A stretch of DNA of 64,000 bases. Source: Octopus bimaculoides. Its lineage: Eukaryota. The stretch is taken from positions 160,095,974 to 160,159,973 of the forward strand of contig NC_068981.1 in NCBI RefSeq assembly GCF_001194135.2, in the 5' to 3' direction. The notes below the pieces were generated by a model. The model was given only the letters and a program-made list of their open reading frames with translations, was not told where the DNA came from and made no database searches. Below are positions 50,240 to 62,860 of this stretch, in pieces (position 1 is the stretch's first letter; each line of letters opens with the position of its first letter). The position numbers were made by a program, and so were the translations under genes.

Positions 50240-50525
50240 GAAGACACACAGCTTACTTGTTAGGGGTATTCAGCTCATGATCGTAAGGTCATGATTTCGA
50301 TACCCAGCAGTGTGTTGTATCCTTGAGCAAAACTCTATCTTTCATTGCTCCAGTTCACTCAACTTGCAAAAATGAGTTGTATCTGTGTTATTCAAAGGGC
50401 CAGCTTTGTCACATTTTGTCATGCTGAATCTCCCTGAGAACTACATTAAGAGTATGCACATTAATTTTGCAAGCAGCTGTTTGGAGCCGCTGGAACCTTT
50501 GTCGTCATAACCAACGGAAGTGCCA
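50240..50525 (+). mobile_element. Decayed tRNA/CORE-like SINE sharing the 12677 tail
   Basis: Head, then gtgttgtatccttgagcaaaac...ttgctccagttcactcaact, then attcaaagggccagctttgtcac...gagaactacattaag...ctggaacc... Confidence 0.7.
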
Positions 50526-51147
50526 GGTAAGGGGTACTCAGCTCTAATTCTTTCAGGTTTTAATTATGAATGTCTAAGAAAGCAAGATGTTCACAGTATA
50601 GTAGATGCTTGCTGGCAGGTATTCTCATACTCTGACTAATAAGGTAGCAATAAGTAACAGTTAAGCACTGGGGTTGATGTAATCAACTTACCACTTCCTC
50701 CAAAATTGCTGGTCTTGTGCCAAAATTTGAAACCAATTATGAATGCTTATTTCTTTTGATAATGATAGAGGTCAAGTATTAGTAATATGGGTAGCCTATC
50801 TGATGCCTCCAGTACATTATTGGTTCTTAATCCCATAAATAGGAGTAGTTAATCTTTATCAATAAAATGCAGAACTGATAGGGGTAGAGTCAAAAGTAAC
50901 ATGAATAAAGTTGTAGGAGAAAATAAAAATTTTAAATCTTCTAAGCTAAATTTTATTACGTGTAACATTTCCCCAAATAATACATTTTAAGGCTTTGTAA
51001 ACTAGTCTAGTTTTTTAACTTCTACGAAAATGTTTTACTTGAAAAGTTTAGCTGTAAAGTTTCCAACTGACTACAGAAATAGAATATGGGACATTTAACA
51101 ATCAATGCCACCAGTAGCGAGTGTCTACAAAAGCCTTGGGCAATAGT

Positions 51148-51690
51148 TATAATAATATAATAATAATGAAATTATTGCATACAGTGCTCAGAAAAGCAGC
51201 CAAAGGTGCATGAACAGTACAGGAAGCGAACAGTGAATGAGTTGTTGAAAAAAGTGCAGGGGTTACATCAGGTGCACTGTTGGCAAATTTCAGAAAGCAT
51301 GGAAGTTTTGAAGAATGCATTTTCCTGACGGCCAACTACTGATGCAGGTAGTTTATTCCATGCTTCAGCAATTCTAAGTGTGAAAAAATGTCTTCAAAAG
51401 TTATGGGTGCTGTGTTGTTTTTTGATTTTATAAGCATTTCCACAAGTATTAGACGTATGGAATTCAAAATGATGCCCAAGGTTGTTTTTGGAAAGATGGT
51501 GGATAATCTTGTGGGTGTCTACCAAGTCAGTTACTAAACAACAGAGCTTTAATGTGTCCATGCTCAGGGAAGTAAGATGGTTAGAGTATGATAGATGCCT
51601 GACAGCGGATATTCTCAAAATCTGACTAATAACGAAATAAAAAACATTTTCTTGTGTCTTGTTATCAACATAAATTTTGTACAAAAACAA
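51148..51690 (-). mobile_element. CR1/L2-like LINE 3' end
   Basis: The minus strand reads ...DLVDTHKIIH...SNTCGNAYKIKKQHS...*RHFFTLRIAEAWNKLPASVV, like the CR1-type ORF2 end (TRGHxxKL...RHFFSxRVxxxWNxLP), followed by a (TTA)n-like tail. Confidence 0.75.
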
Positions 51691-52698
51691 AACAAGCTAA
51701 AATTGTTGAATGAGTTATGATGAAGAAGATGTTCATAGAAACTCTAAGGTTTATAGGAAATCAGAGTAATTTGGTCAATTTATTCTGTTGTTTGCAAAAT
51801 ATAAAATTGTATGATATTTCTGTGATTATCCATCATTTGCTCCCTCTCCCCCTTCTCTCTCACTTTTCTCCATTTCTCCTTTCTACATCACTCCAATCAG
51901 TCTCTCTTGCTTTTTTTTACCCCCTCACCATTGTTCATCTGCAGACACACTTTGTCCTGCTCACTCTGTTGGTCACATTGCACTGAATGGAGGCTGTAAA
52001 AGGATGTGAGCCCTCTTTTGCTGTGTGAGATAGAAGGTAGCTTCAGTCAGTGAGGGTATTGTAGAGTGATTGATGAATGGGTGGAGTCTGTGTAAAGTTA
52101 GGAGGATCCTTTGACCTTGTTTTGAGGATGACAACCTTTCTAGTGTTGACACCACAATAAAATGAACCCAGTATACTCTTTAAAATGGTTGGTGATAGGA
52201 AGAGCATCCAGTGGTAGAAACCATGCTAAATTGAAACATGTGAGTGAAATATGGTCTCTGAAAGTCTCAGAGAGCAGTGAGTCCAAATGGGAACTGACTT
52301 GGATTATGACTAGCTATCCAACCGATGCCAGCATGAAAAGATATGAAGTAATGTTGATAGATATGAAATTAATGTTGTCGTTTAGCCTTAAACCAGTCCT
52401 GACCAAGCATACCTATGAAAGACAAATCAATTATGACCATCCCATCTTATTTGCAGGTGTAGTACAATATACTGTAGGATTACATTATTCATTGTGTCCT
52501 TCACTTTTTAAGACTTCAAGGTGTTTAGAGAGATTTGGCTGTTATTTCTAGCAGGTTGAGTGATGAGATAGAAACTTTATTGGCTTGATGAAATTGATTT
52601 TAATTTGATCATTGAAACATAGATTTATGAAAATAGTAATATGATTTATTTTATGCTTCAACTAAATAATAAGTTAATAAATAACTTCAATATTGCAG

Positions 52699-52863
52699 GA
52701 GGATCCCAATCTGTATTTGTACAGGAAAAAACTTGTTTACGATGCTGCTCGTAATCTGGATAAGACACAAATGATTCGTTTCAGTGAAGTAACAGAGAAC
52801 TTTTCTTCAACAGATCTTGGAAGAATTGCAAGTCATTTCTATATTAAATATGCTACAGTTGAG
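52699..52863 (+). CDS. ASCC3: ASCC3 coding exon 17
   Basis: tattgcag| and GAG|gtaatt. EDPNL...LDKTQMIRF...STDLGRIASHFYIKYATVE. Confidence 0.96.
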
Positions 52864-53269
52864 GTAATTATTGTTTGATTTAAATGAAATTTATTTTCAC
52901 TCAGTATAAACATCTGTTCAGAGAGTGAGAGAGATAAAGACAGGAGGATGGTGAGAAAGAGAGATGGGTCCTGGATCTGCTCTGTAATGTCCTATTGTAA
53001 TGGACTTCCTTTGAATGTTTAAATATATTAAGAGATTTTTTTTTGTTGGGTGTGTATTAAAATATATTAGGGCAAAATATATTTGTCACCAAAAATAGCA
53101 TCAAAGGATTTAATTTAATGAATTCATATATATCAATACATGCCTGTGTTGTTAGGAATTACTATGGTTGGATGCTCTTTCAAATACAAGTTGTTGCTAT
53201 TATGCAAAAGTGTTATGAGTCCAAAACATTGCTTTTTCAGAAAACAAAAAATAGTTTCACCATTCCATA

Positions 53270-53430
53270 GCAAAACTGTTGTACTACACTTTGACAGTTT
53301 TTGGTATCTTGGCATCTGAAGCAGCTGGAGATACGATTGTTTGACCAAAAGAACCAGCTATTGCAAACAAAAGTATATATTGCGAAAAATGCATTTGACC
53401 AAATTTGGACACACAACTGTTTGACATTAT
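53270..53430. repeat. Unclassified dispersed repeat (second copy 60330-60460)
   Basis: Shared tacactttgaca...tttgaccaaaagaaccrgctattgcaa...catttgaccaaatttggaca. Confidence 0.6.
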
Positions 53431-54203
53431 AGCAACGAAGTAAATTCATTATAAATCAGATTATTTCTATTTCCTCTCTGGTTTTATTTTTTCATTTTAT
53501 TTATTTATTACAGCCACTTTTCTAAACTAGTGCAAATGAATATGCTTCTTTGGCTGTGTTGGAATCAATGTTTAAACTACCAGTTAGCTGGAGACTTATT
53601 TTTATATAGGCACAGGCATATCTGTGTGGTAAGAAGTTTCCTTCTCAACTATATGGTTTCAGGTTCAGTTCCACTGCATGGCACTTGGGCAAGTTTCTTC
53701 TACTATAGCCCTGGGCCTACCAAAATGTAATTGGATTTGGTAGATGGAGCCTGAAAGAAGCCCATCATATGTGTACATATGTATGTGTGTGTCTTGGGGT
53801 CACTTTTTCTATGATTTGACATCACATGATATTTGTAAGCCAGTGTCATCATCATGTGTGTGATGTCCTTTGTTTTCAATCTTCAGTGAAAATATGTCTG
53901 TTCATGAGGAAATATTACCTTACTTGGAAACATGAGGGTTGGTAATAGGAAAGGCGTCCAGCTGTAGAAAATCTACTTCAACAAATTCCCTCTGACTCAT
54001 ACAAGCATGGAAAAACTGGACATTAGAACAATGTTGTTGATTAACAACCAGATTATTGTGCATCGTTTAGATACAGCACGAATTGCTGGAACAGTGCTTA
54101 GAAACAGCAGACTGCTTCACCACGTAATCTTCAATGACTTTTTCCACTCTTGTTTTTTTTTTTTTGGTATTAATTCATGAATGATCTCTCTCTCAATATC
54201 ATA

Positions 54204-55358
54204 CGAGGTGTTATCAAAAGGTTCCCAGACTAGATCTGCAGCACACCAACAGATGGTAGCACATAGTTTCATGCACAGTGAGAGCTAGCAGTGACCTTCA
54301 TGAGCTGGTGTGCTGAGTGACATTGCTGTGTTTACTTTGCAAGTTGTGAAACTTTGACAAGCTTTCAGTGATGAGGCAATGGGTCATACTGAGCTGCACG
54401 GGTGCTTCAATAGTGGGAGAATGTCCCTGGAAGACCTGTCATCTCCAGAAATGAGAAACTTCATCAGCTTGTGCATGAGGATCGCTGGAGGACAATCAAT
54501 GACATTGCTGCTGCTGCTGTTAGTTAGTCTGTCGTATAGGTCTGTGCAGGCAGTCCTAACATCTGAATTGAACATGTGGCATGTCTCTGCCAAGTTTGTC
54601 CCCCACTTGCTGACCACTGAGCAGAAAGAACATTGCATCGAAGTCTGTCAAGATCTCCATCAGCATGCCACTGACGACCCATCCTTCATGTCAAGGATTA
54701 TCACTGATGCCGAGAGTCAGGTCTATGGGTATGACCCTGTGATGAAGCAGCAGTCGTCACAATGGAAGAGCCCTTCATCTCCATGACTGAAGAAGGCACA
54801 ACAGAGCCACAGCCCAATCAAAATCATGCTCATTGTTGTTTTCATCATCTGCGTTATTGTGCATTGGGAATCCATTCCCCCAGGGCCAGACTATCAATTA
54901 ACAGTTCTACTGCAATGTTTTGAAGCATTTGAGGGAAGACATTTGGCGAAAGTGACTGGATCTGTGGAACGTAAAGAATTGGATTCTTCACGATGACAGT
55001 GCAGCTTGTCACCATGAGCTCTCCTCACTTGTGAGTTTCCCACCAAAAACAACATGGTATCGTTTCGGCACCTACCCATTTCACCTGATTTAGCACCCGC
55101 GGACTTCCATTTCTTCCCCGAGATGAAAAAGCAGCTCAAAGGTCACTGTTGTCAATATCCACAGCAAATCACAGAAGCTCATTGACTCACTTACGGAAAA
55201 TGACTTCCAGGTTGGATTCCAAAAGTGGTAGGAACACTGAGACTGGTGTATTGCTGCGCAAGGTGATTATTTTGAAAGAGATGATGTTAAAACTTAGGTA
55301 AATAAGTTTTTTTTTTAATTAAACATAACTAGCCTGGGAACCTTTTGATACTACCTCA
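54204..55358 (+). mobile_element. Full-length but inactive mariner transposon (1155 bp)
   Basis: 28-bp TIRs (cgaggtgttatcaaaaggttcccagact at 54204-54231, inverted at 55331-55358) with a TA TSD. Transposase remnants AKFVPHLL, IITDAESQVYGYDP, HDDSA, SPDLAPADF. The first catalytic Asp is lost (GDE became DAE). Stop at 54784-54786. D2-D3 spacing is 107 nt, i.e. D34D plus a 2-nt frameshift. Confidence 0.93.
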
Positions 55359-55537
55359 TATATCTCATTGTCTTAGTGTTGAAAAATTCGTTTTTTTAAT
55401 ATTGATTTTAGAACCTTTATTTCGATAATGATGTTAAAAATATTCACATTTTGCATAATTCAGTGTCCAAATTATTTGTTAGTATATATCTGAAACTGAA
55501 AAAAAAATTCTAATTAAATATTTTTCTTTTATTTCAG

Positions 55538-55624
55538 ACTGTAAATGAATTTTTCCTTCCACAAATGTCTGAGAATCAAGTGCTCAATATAGTATCAAAG
55601 GCCCAAGAATTTGAACCAATTAAG
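55538..55624 (+). CDS. ASCC3: ASCC3 coding exon 18: start of Sec63 unit
   Basis: atttcag| and AAG|gtaatt. TVNEFFLPQMSENQVLNIVSKAQEFEPIK. Confidence 0.93.
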
Positions 55625-57134
55625 GTAATTTTCTGTTTTGCAAAATAATTTCTTGTAATCATTACTATGACATAGTTCAAATGTTTTTGACTTCAAGTGA
55701 ATCTGGCTATATCTAACTTGATAGTGCCACCTGATAAAATCTTACATTATCTATCATTCATATCCTAAAACCAAGATGCCATGTAAAAAGCATTAGTGTG
55801 GGTGAATGTTTCCTGTAAAATGTACCCAGTACACTATGTAAAGCGGTTAGCATTAAAAAGGGCATCCAGCTGTAGAAACCAAGCCAAAGCAGACTATGGA
55901 ACCTGGTGTTGCCCCTGTCCTTGCCTCTTCCTGTCAAGTCATCCAACCCATGCCAGTATAGAAAACAGACATTAAATGATGATGTATATCCTATCTATTC
56001 AATAGTTTTCCTAATGTCCTAACTCTTGTTTCGTTTGCTTTAAGTTCTTTTAAAACTTAGAAGTTATTTTAAGACATTAATCAAAGAGTCAGCCTGAACA
56101 GCTTTGTTGAATAGAGGTAAAAATATCTCCATCTTCTAGGATTGAGAAACATTGTATAATGTTCATCTCGTTGCCAGTGTTTTATAGATTTTTTCTGTTA
56201 AAGGTTTCTGCTGACAAGACACCAATTTGGAATTTGTTTAAAGAATCTGGTGTTCAGATGTTATTATTGACGTAAATACTGTACTAGTATTTAGTTTACT
56301 GGTTCTTGAAGAATGAACTTAGCTGTGTGTGGAATTAAACTTACAGAAGTGGATCCCTTTCTATGAATTGTTCCAAATCACTGCCTTAAATCTCTTAATG
56401 GAAAAGTGAATAATTTCATTATTTGAACCATTGCATTATCTCTAATTCTTAGATCTGAATTGATTTCTTTTTGAGGTCTGCATTTATTCATCAGAAAGGA
56501 GAAATGTTTTGTATTATTAAATCTAAAATGCATTTTTATATTGTGATTGATCGCACTACCTTTGTGATAGTATATTTATTACATTTTAAGAGCATAGCTC
56601 ATAACCTTTTAGTTATAATATGTCCATCTATGATTACTTTGATGTAACCTCTTTTTCTTCCAAGTTTCTATGATTTTCAAGTTTTTTAAAATAAGTTCAC
56701 ATTGGAACTACAGAATATCTCTCAGAGCCACTTTTTTTCTATTTTGTATAAAGGTATAAGAGAGCCCATTTGAAAAATAAATTATCTTTGCATTTGTATT
56801 TAAGTATGGTGGGAGGGAAAAGTCAACAGGAATAACTCAGTGGAAATGGAGAGAAAATTTGGTAGCATAGACAGGTGGGCTGAATAATGTCAAATATGAA
56901 TAGATAGGGTCGGTGTTAAGAATGAATGATATATTCATAATCTAAGCTTCTTACATGTATTTCTCAACTTTTATGTGCTATTATTCTATATCTAACTACT
57001 TCATCACTTGTCAATTTACAAAATTATTACTAAATTAGAAAGACAAGTTACAATTATTATTAAAAGAAATATTTCTTTAAGTAAACAAAATTCCAGTTTG
57101 AGTAATGGTCATTTTTTCTCTATGTTGGTTATAG

Positions 57135-57311
57135 GTTCGCAAAGAAGAATTGGAAGAACTTGAAAGGCTTCACATTGAAGACTGTGTAATGCCTGTTGCA
57201 TTAGGATTGGAAAATGCTCCTGGCAAAGTTAATATCCTTATTCAATCATATGTATCACGTGTGAGCCTTGAAAATTTCTCATTGGTTTCTGATCAAGCAT
57301 TTGTGGCTCAG
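57135..57311 (+). CDS. ASCC3: ASCC3 coding exon 19
   Basis: ttatag| and CAG|gtaagg. VRKEELEEL...GKVNILIQSYVSR...FSLVSDQAFVAQ. Confidence 0.96.
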
Positions 57312-57575
57312 GTAAGGTTTTACTGTGATTTCTACATATTTTTTTTTTAAATCTGATACAGTCATGCCATTTAAATGTAAAGGATCTGGAGTTTTTTTTT
57401 TTATTACATTTCTATTTCACAAGTATTTTTCTTTTGTAATCTTATGGCATTCTCTTTTGACACTCAGACATGCATATACATACACACATACAGTTACATA
57501 TATGCACTCATATATTATATTTGACAACTTGAATAATAGCGTCCTTTTTTTCATCCTTTAAAACTTCTCTTGCAG

Positions 57576-57804
57576 AATGCTGCCCGCATTGTTCGTGCAC
57601 TTTTCCAAATTGCTTTGCGCAAAGGGTGGCCCATTATGGCTAATCGTTTACTAAATCTTTGTAAAACAATTGATAAACGCCAGTGGCAATTTGAGAATCC
57701 TCTGAGGCAGTTTCAAAATAATTTGCCATATGAAGTTCTTAACAAGATTGAGAAAGCAAACTTAAATCTTGACAAAATGAGAGAAATGACTTCAAAAGAA
57801 ATTG
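57576..57804 (+). CDS. ASCC3: ASCC3 coding exon 20
   Basis: ctcttgcag| and G|gtaagt. NAARIVRALFQIALRKGW...NPLRQF...KEIG. Confidence 0.96.
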
Positions 57805-57879
57805 GTAAGTTTTTTTGAATTTACTTCTCTCTTCACCCTTCCCTCCAATACAAACGTTTCATTGATCAACCCTACATCC

Positions 57880-58329
57880 TTCTCCACCATTCATGACCCA
57901 ATTTACTGATTTTTCTGATGGCACGCAGGTGTTGATAAATGGTTGAATGACCAAATCCGAGCTTCTCTGTTAGTTCCTCAACAGTTACGATGGGATTTTG
58001 TTCCACCAGAGTTTGCAGGATGTCCTTGTCGAGCTCAACAGATCTTCCAGGACAAGGCTAGTTTTTCTAGGCTGTAGTTTCCGGCTCGTTGCGTTGCTGC
58101 CTTTATTGAAATCACAAAGCAAAATATGCTCCTTTGTCACTTTCATTATTGCTTTGAAAAAATAACTGTCAAAATTAAACTGCACTCTTCGAAACTTGCA
58201 CTAAGAATAAGGATAATGTAAAATTACTATCTGCTTTTATTAGTAAGTTGATGCAGTTATTTTATCCCATCCACCTCTGACTTTTAGTTCATGCAATTGT
58301 AAAAATGGCATTATTTATGGGATGACTCA

Positions 58330-58330
<1 letters not shown>
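57880..58330 (-). mobile_element. Mariner 5' fragment from a different family
   Basis: The minus strand reads MKVTKEHILLCDFNKGSNA and, frameshifted, PGRSVELDKDILQTLVEQNPIVTVEELTEKLGFGHSTIYQHLRAI (HTH region). TIR-like end TA|ttgagtcatcccataaataatgcc at 58330. Confidence 0.8.
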
Positions 58331-58363
<33 letters not shown>

Positions 58364-58852
58364 ACATATATATATCATCATCATCATCTAATGTCCATTT
58401 TCTATGTTGGCATGGGCTGGACAGTTTGACAGGAGCTGGAGAGCTGCACCAGGCTCCATTTGTTTTGGCATGGTTTCTATGGTGGAATGCCCTTCCTAAC
58501 ACCAACCACATTACAGAGTGTACCAGGTACTTTTTACAAGGCACCAGCACAGGTACTTTTTACGTGGAACTAAGGGAAGTGGCTTGATGTGAAAATAACA
58601 AGAATTCCAAGCTTTCAAATTGTTCCAAGGAAAAAGATTAAAACCCTTAACTCATCCATTTTATATAGGTATAAAGTAGCAAAAATAAAAAACTTTGTAG
58701 TTTAACCTAGCTATCAACATTATGTATGATATTCAATTTGAAATGACTTGTTAATTATGGAAATCTTTATTACATTTTTCTTCAATTGAATTAAGCTTTG
58801 AAAGTAATTGTTTGGTTATTTCTATTCATATTATACATAATTTCATTACTAG

Positions 58853-59007
58853 GTCTCATGATACATCACCAGAAAATGGGAAGTAATGTGAAAAGATGTG
58901 TCCATCAGATACCATATCTTGATTTGGATGCTACAATACAACCAATTACACGCACTGTACTTCGAGTCAGATTAAATATTAAACCAGAATTTCACTGGGA
59001 TGATAAG
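58853..59007 (+). CDS. ASCC3: ASCC3 coding exon 21
   Basis: cattactag| and AAG|gtaatc. ...CVHQIPYLDLDATIQPITRTVLRVRL...WDDK. Confidence 0.96.
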
Positions 59008-61045
59008 GTAATCAAAATTTCACTGTACAGATAAGTCATTCTCATATCCTTACTTCCCATTTCATATTGCTTATTAAGTTCAAAAAATTTTCATGCATTT
59101 TAATAGTTTTGAAAGATTTCTTAATTTATCTACAGTATGATTACATTGTGCGCACATGTGTTCGCTTATTTGTTCTACATCCATTTTTCCATGCTAGAAG
59201 GAATTGGACAACTACTTACTGAGGCATTATTTTACAGTCAGGAACTCTTTCTTACTTGTTTTTCCACCCACATGTGACAATAAAACTTTTAACACACCTT
59301 ACCCCAACAAACCAAACTACATCTCTTCCCTACCTCACCTTTTCTCTTGCTCTTACAGTATGCTTATGCATATCTCTCACTCTTCAATCCTGTCCTCACT
59401 ACTCTGCTCACTGTATCACTGCTATCCCGTTGTCCTCCTCCCCCTCTATACACCCAGGTTTCACCAGTCACTGCATTCACGTGAAGTCTCTATTCTCTAC
59501 TCATGCACCTTTGGCAATACCCTATCATTTATATTCTGACCCTCATGACTTGAGGGTATGCCCTGGCACTTCACCGCCATTTATCACTCTCTTCCATTTA
59601 TATTCTGATCCCCATTCCTGGTGAGTATACCCTGGTACTTCTCCACCATCTCTCTCCTCTCTCTCTTGCACTCTCGCTATCTCCCATTCACTCTCTCTTT
59701 CTCTTGCTCTCTCCCTCTTACTGGTTTAACCATGTATATTCTCTACAGCAACATACCTGTTTCTGTCCTCATTCCTGATCTCTCTCTCTCTCTCTCTCTC
59801 TCCCCCCCTCTCTCTCTCACACACACACACACACTTTCTGATCGGATAACCACGTATCTCTTCTACAGCAAGACACCTGTTTCTGGCTCTCTATCACACT
59901 CTAACCTTTCATCATCTGGCACAAGATCACCTCCTCCAATGCTCTCTCCCTTCTCAAAGGGTCTTCGTCTTGCAAGTTACTTGGTGACTCAGTCCATTCT
60001 GTGTGGTGGTTGGTGTTAGAGAGGACATCCAACCATAAAAACCATGCCAAAACAGACATTGGAGCTTGGTGTAGTCTTCTGCTTAGCCAGCTCTTGTCAT
60101 ACTGTCCAACCCATGCCAGCATGGAAAACAGGCGTTAAATAATGATGATGATGATGATGATGATAATATATATATATACATATAATTACACACACACAGC
60201 GCACACACAGTAATGGGATGGAAAATAATTCGTATATTCATCTGAATAAATTATCTCCCTTAGCTTAAAGAAATTTTTGCTAATGAAAAAGAAAGTGATA
60301 AAAGGCTTACTACACTTTTGAAAAATGCTAAACCAGTGTAATACACTTTGACAATTTTCATATGAAGTAGTTGGGATTTGACCAAAAGAACCGGCTATTG
60401 CAAGCAAAATTAAATATTGAAAGAAACACATTTGACCAAATTTGGACATACGACAGTTTCAGACGGGCGAGAAAACCCCTGCCCACAGGCGCAATTGCAC
60501 CTGCAAACCCATTTTATTGTGCCTGCAGGCTGATATACTCATATGTACAAAATGTAATAAATTTTTCAATTATAAAATTTATACAATATTCGTTTGCCTA
60601 TTTGAGGCATAGGTCGTGTTTCCACTACGACTTAAAATGGTTAGACTTAAACAGAAAATCGTCCAGTAATTGCCATTTGTATGGAAATTTTGTTTTCATT
60701 ATAAAGCACATATTACTAGGTTTGTACCACCCACTTGTGACCCAACTACACTCTAGCTGAAAATATAGAATACCTCATAAGTAATATAAACATCCTAAAT
60801 TCAGTGGTGGCATTAGTGAAGATGTTACACGTTAATCTAATGTGTTAAACTTATCTTTGTTAATGTATATCGAATTATACAAGATTTACAGATATAGGAG
60901 ATAGAACTTGTGGTCTGCCCGCGGCACTTTTTTCATTGGAAACTTTTGCCCACTGCACTAAAAAGTTTCCCAACCCCTAGTTTAACATAATAACAACGAT
61001 GTGCTTTATAGAGTGTGCTTCTTTTTCAGATATATGATTCCACTG

Positions 61046-61085
<40 letters not shown>

Positions 61086-61159
61086 TAAAGGTTTATTAAT
61101 TTATTAATAAATCAACAATTAATAATTTTTACCAAGCCCTTCGGTATGTAAACACCATT

Positions 61160-61267
61160 NNNNNNNNNNNNNNNNNNNNNNNNNNNNNNNNNNNNNNNNN
61201 NNNNNNNNNNNNNNNNNNNNNNNNNNNNNNNNNNNNNNNNNNNNNNNNNNNNNNNNNNNNNNNNNNN
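61160..61267. other. Assembly gap (108 N)
   Basis: Run of N. Confidence 1.
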
Positions 61268-61296
61268 ATATAGAAAGAGAGAGAGAGAGAGGTTAA

Positions 61297-61958
61297 AGTA
61301 GTGAGGAAAGGCAAACAATTAGTCATGGCAGGACAAGGACATTTGATTTCATTTAATTCACTCTAAAAAAAATTTGCTACTTAATGAATGGTAAAAATAG
61401 TACAGACTGGTAAAGATAGCCTCTGACAGCTGTTTCTGAAAGTAAATACTAGCAGATCCAGTGTTGTGCATGGAATAAAGATACATTCTGGTGAGAGCAA
61501 AGATAAATAGCTAAGAGGCATATATGGGATATATATTGTTCACTTTCATTTTCCTTCAATGTGGAATACTGCATAACAATTCTTTTCCTCTTCTCACCTT
61601 GCTATACCACTTAACCACTCTTTCTGATCATGGATTTACCTAAAGACCCAATCCAACTGGATTTAATTAAATCCTCCTACCCTCCTGGACATAATGAACC
61701 ACAACAAATATTGATGAGGAACATTCTTTCACTTTCTAACCTGTATTTCTCTGATGACAGAATACCTAACTTATAGAGTCTTCACTTGTTATGATGCTCC
61801 AATAGCTGGGATATCCCAGAAACAACTGTCAGAGACTATCTTTGCCAGTTTGTACTAGTTTTACCATTCGTTATGTAGTAAAATTTTTCTAGATTGAATT
61901 AAATGAAATCAAATGTTCTTGTCCTGCCTTGATTAATCATTTGCCTTTCCTCACTACT
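61297..61958. mobile_element. Kolobok-like non-autonomous element with 142-bp TIRs
   Basis: TTAA|agtagtgagg...cctcactact|TTAA (TSDs at 61293-61296 and 61959-61962). Arms 61297-61438 and 61817-61958 differ at about 16 positions by hand count. AG...CT termini plus TTAA fit Kolobok rather than piggyBac. Confidence 0.8.
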
Positions 61959-62133
61959 TTAACGTATACCTGTTGACTCAAATGGAAGCCACCATTAACC
62001 ATTTTTGGAACAAAACAATCACATAACCACATCTTCAACTGCTGTTCTAACAGGAATTTTTGTGGCACACCTATTTGAGTACTTAGAATACATACCTGTT
62101 AGGTTGAGTCATCCTGACAAAAACTCCTCATAT

Positions 62134-62167
<34 letters not shown>

Positions 62168-62170
<3 letters not shown>

Positions 62171-62822
62171 TCATCATCATCATCATCATCGTTTAACGTC
62201 CGCTTTCCATGCTAGCATGGGTTGGACGATTTGACTGAGGACTGGTGAAACCNNNNNNNNNNNNNNNNNNNNNNNNNNNNNNNNNNNNNNNNNNNNNNNN
62301 NNNNNNNNNNNNNNNNNNNNNNNNNNNNNNNNNNNNNNNNNNNNNNNNNNNNNNNNNNNNNNNNNNNNNNNNNNNNNNNNNNNNNNNNNNNNNNNNNNNN
62401 NNNNNNNNNNNNNNNNNNNNNNNNNNNNNNNNNNNNNNNNNNNNNNNNNNNNNNNNNNNNNNNNNNNNNNNNNNNNNNNNNNNNNNNNNNNNNNNNNNNN
62501 NNNNNNNNNNNNNNNNNNNNNNNNNNNNNNNNNNNNNNNNNNNNNNNNNNNNNNNNNNNNNNNNNNNNNNNNNNNNNNNNNNNNNNNNNNNNNNNNNNNN
62601 NNNNNNNNNNNNNNNNNNNNNNNNNNGGTACTGGCAACGGCCACGCTCAAAATGGTGCATCTCATGTGCCACCCGCACAAGAACCAGTCCAGGGGCACTG
62701 GCAACGATCTTACTTGGCTTGCCGGGTCTTCTCACGCACAGCACATTTCCAAAGGTCTCGGTCCGTAGTCATCGCCTCGGTGAGGCCCAATGTACGAAGG
62801 TCTTGCCTCACCACCTCAGCCC

Positions 62823-62823
<1 letters not shown>
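62168..62823 (-). mobile_element. Young RTE LINE 3' end interrupted by an assembly gap
   Basis: The minus strand reads WAEVVRQDLRTLGLTEAMTTDRDLWKCAVREKTRQAK* (62823-62710), then the 3' UTR and (GAT)n tail. Confidence 0.9.
62253..62627. other. Assembly gap (375 N) inside an RTE 3' UTR
   Basis: Run of N. Confidence 1.
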
Positions 62824-62860
<37 letters not shown>

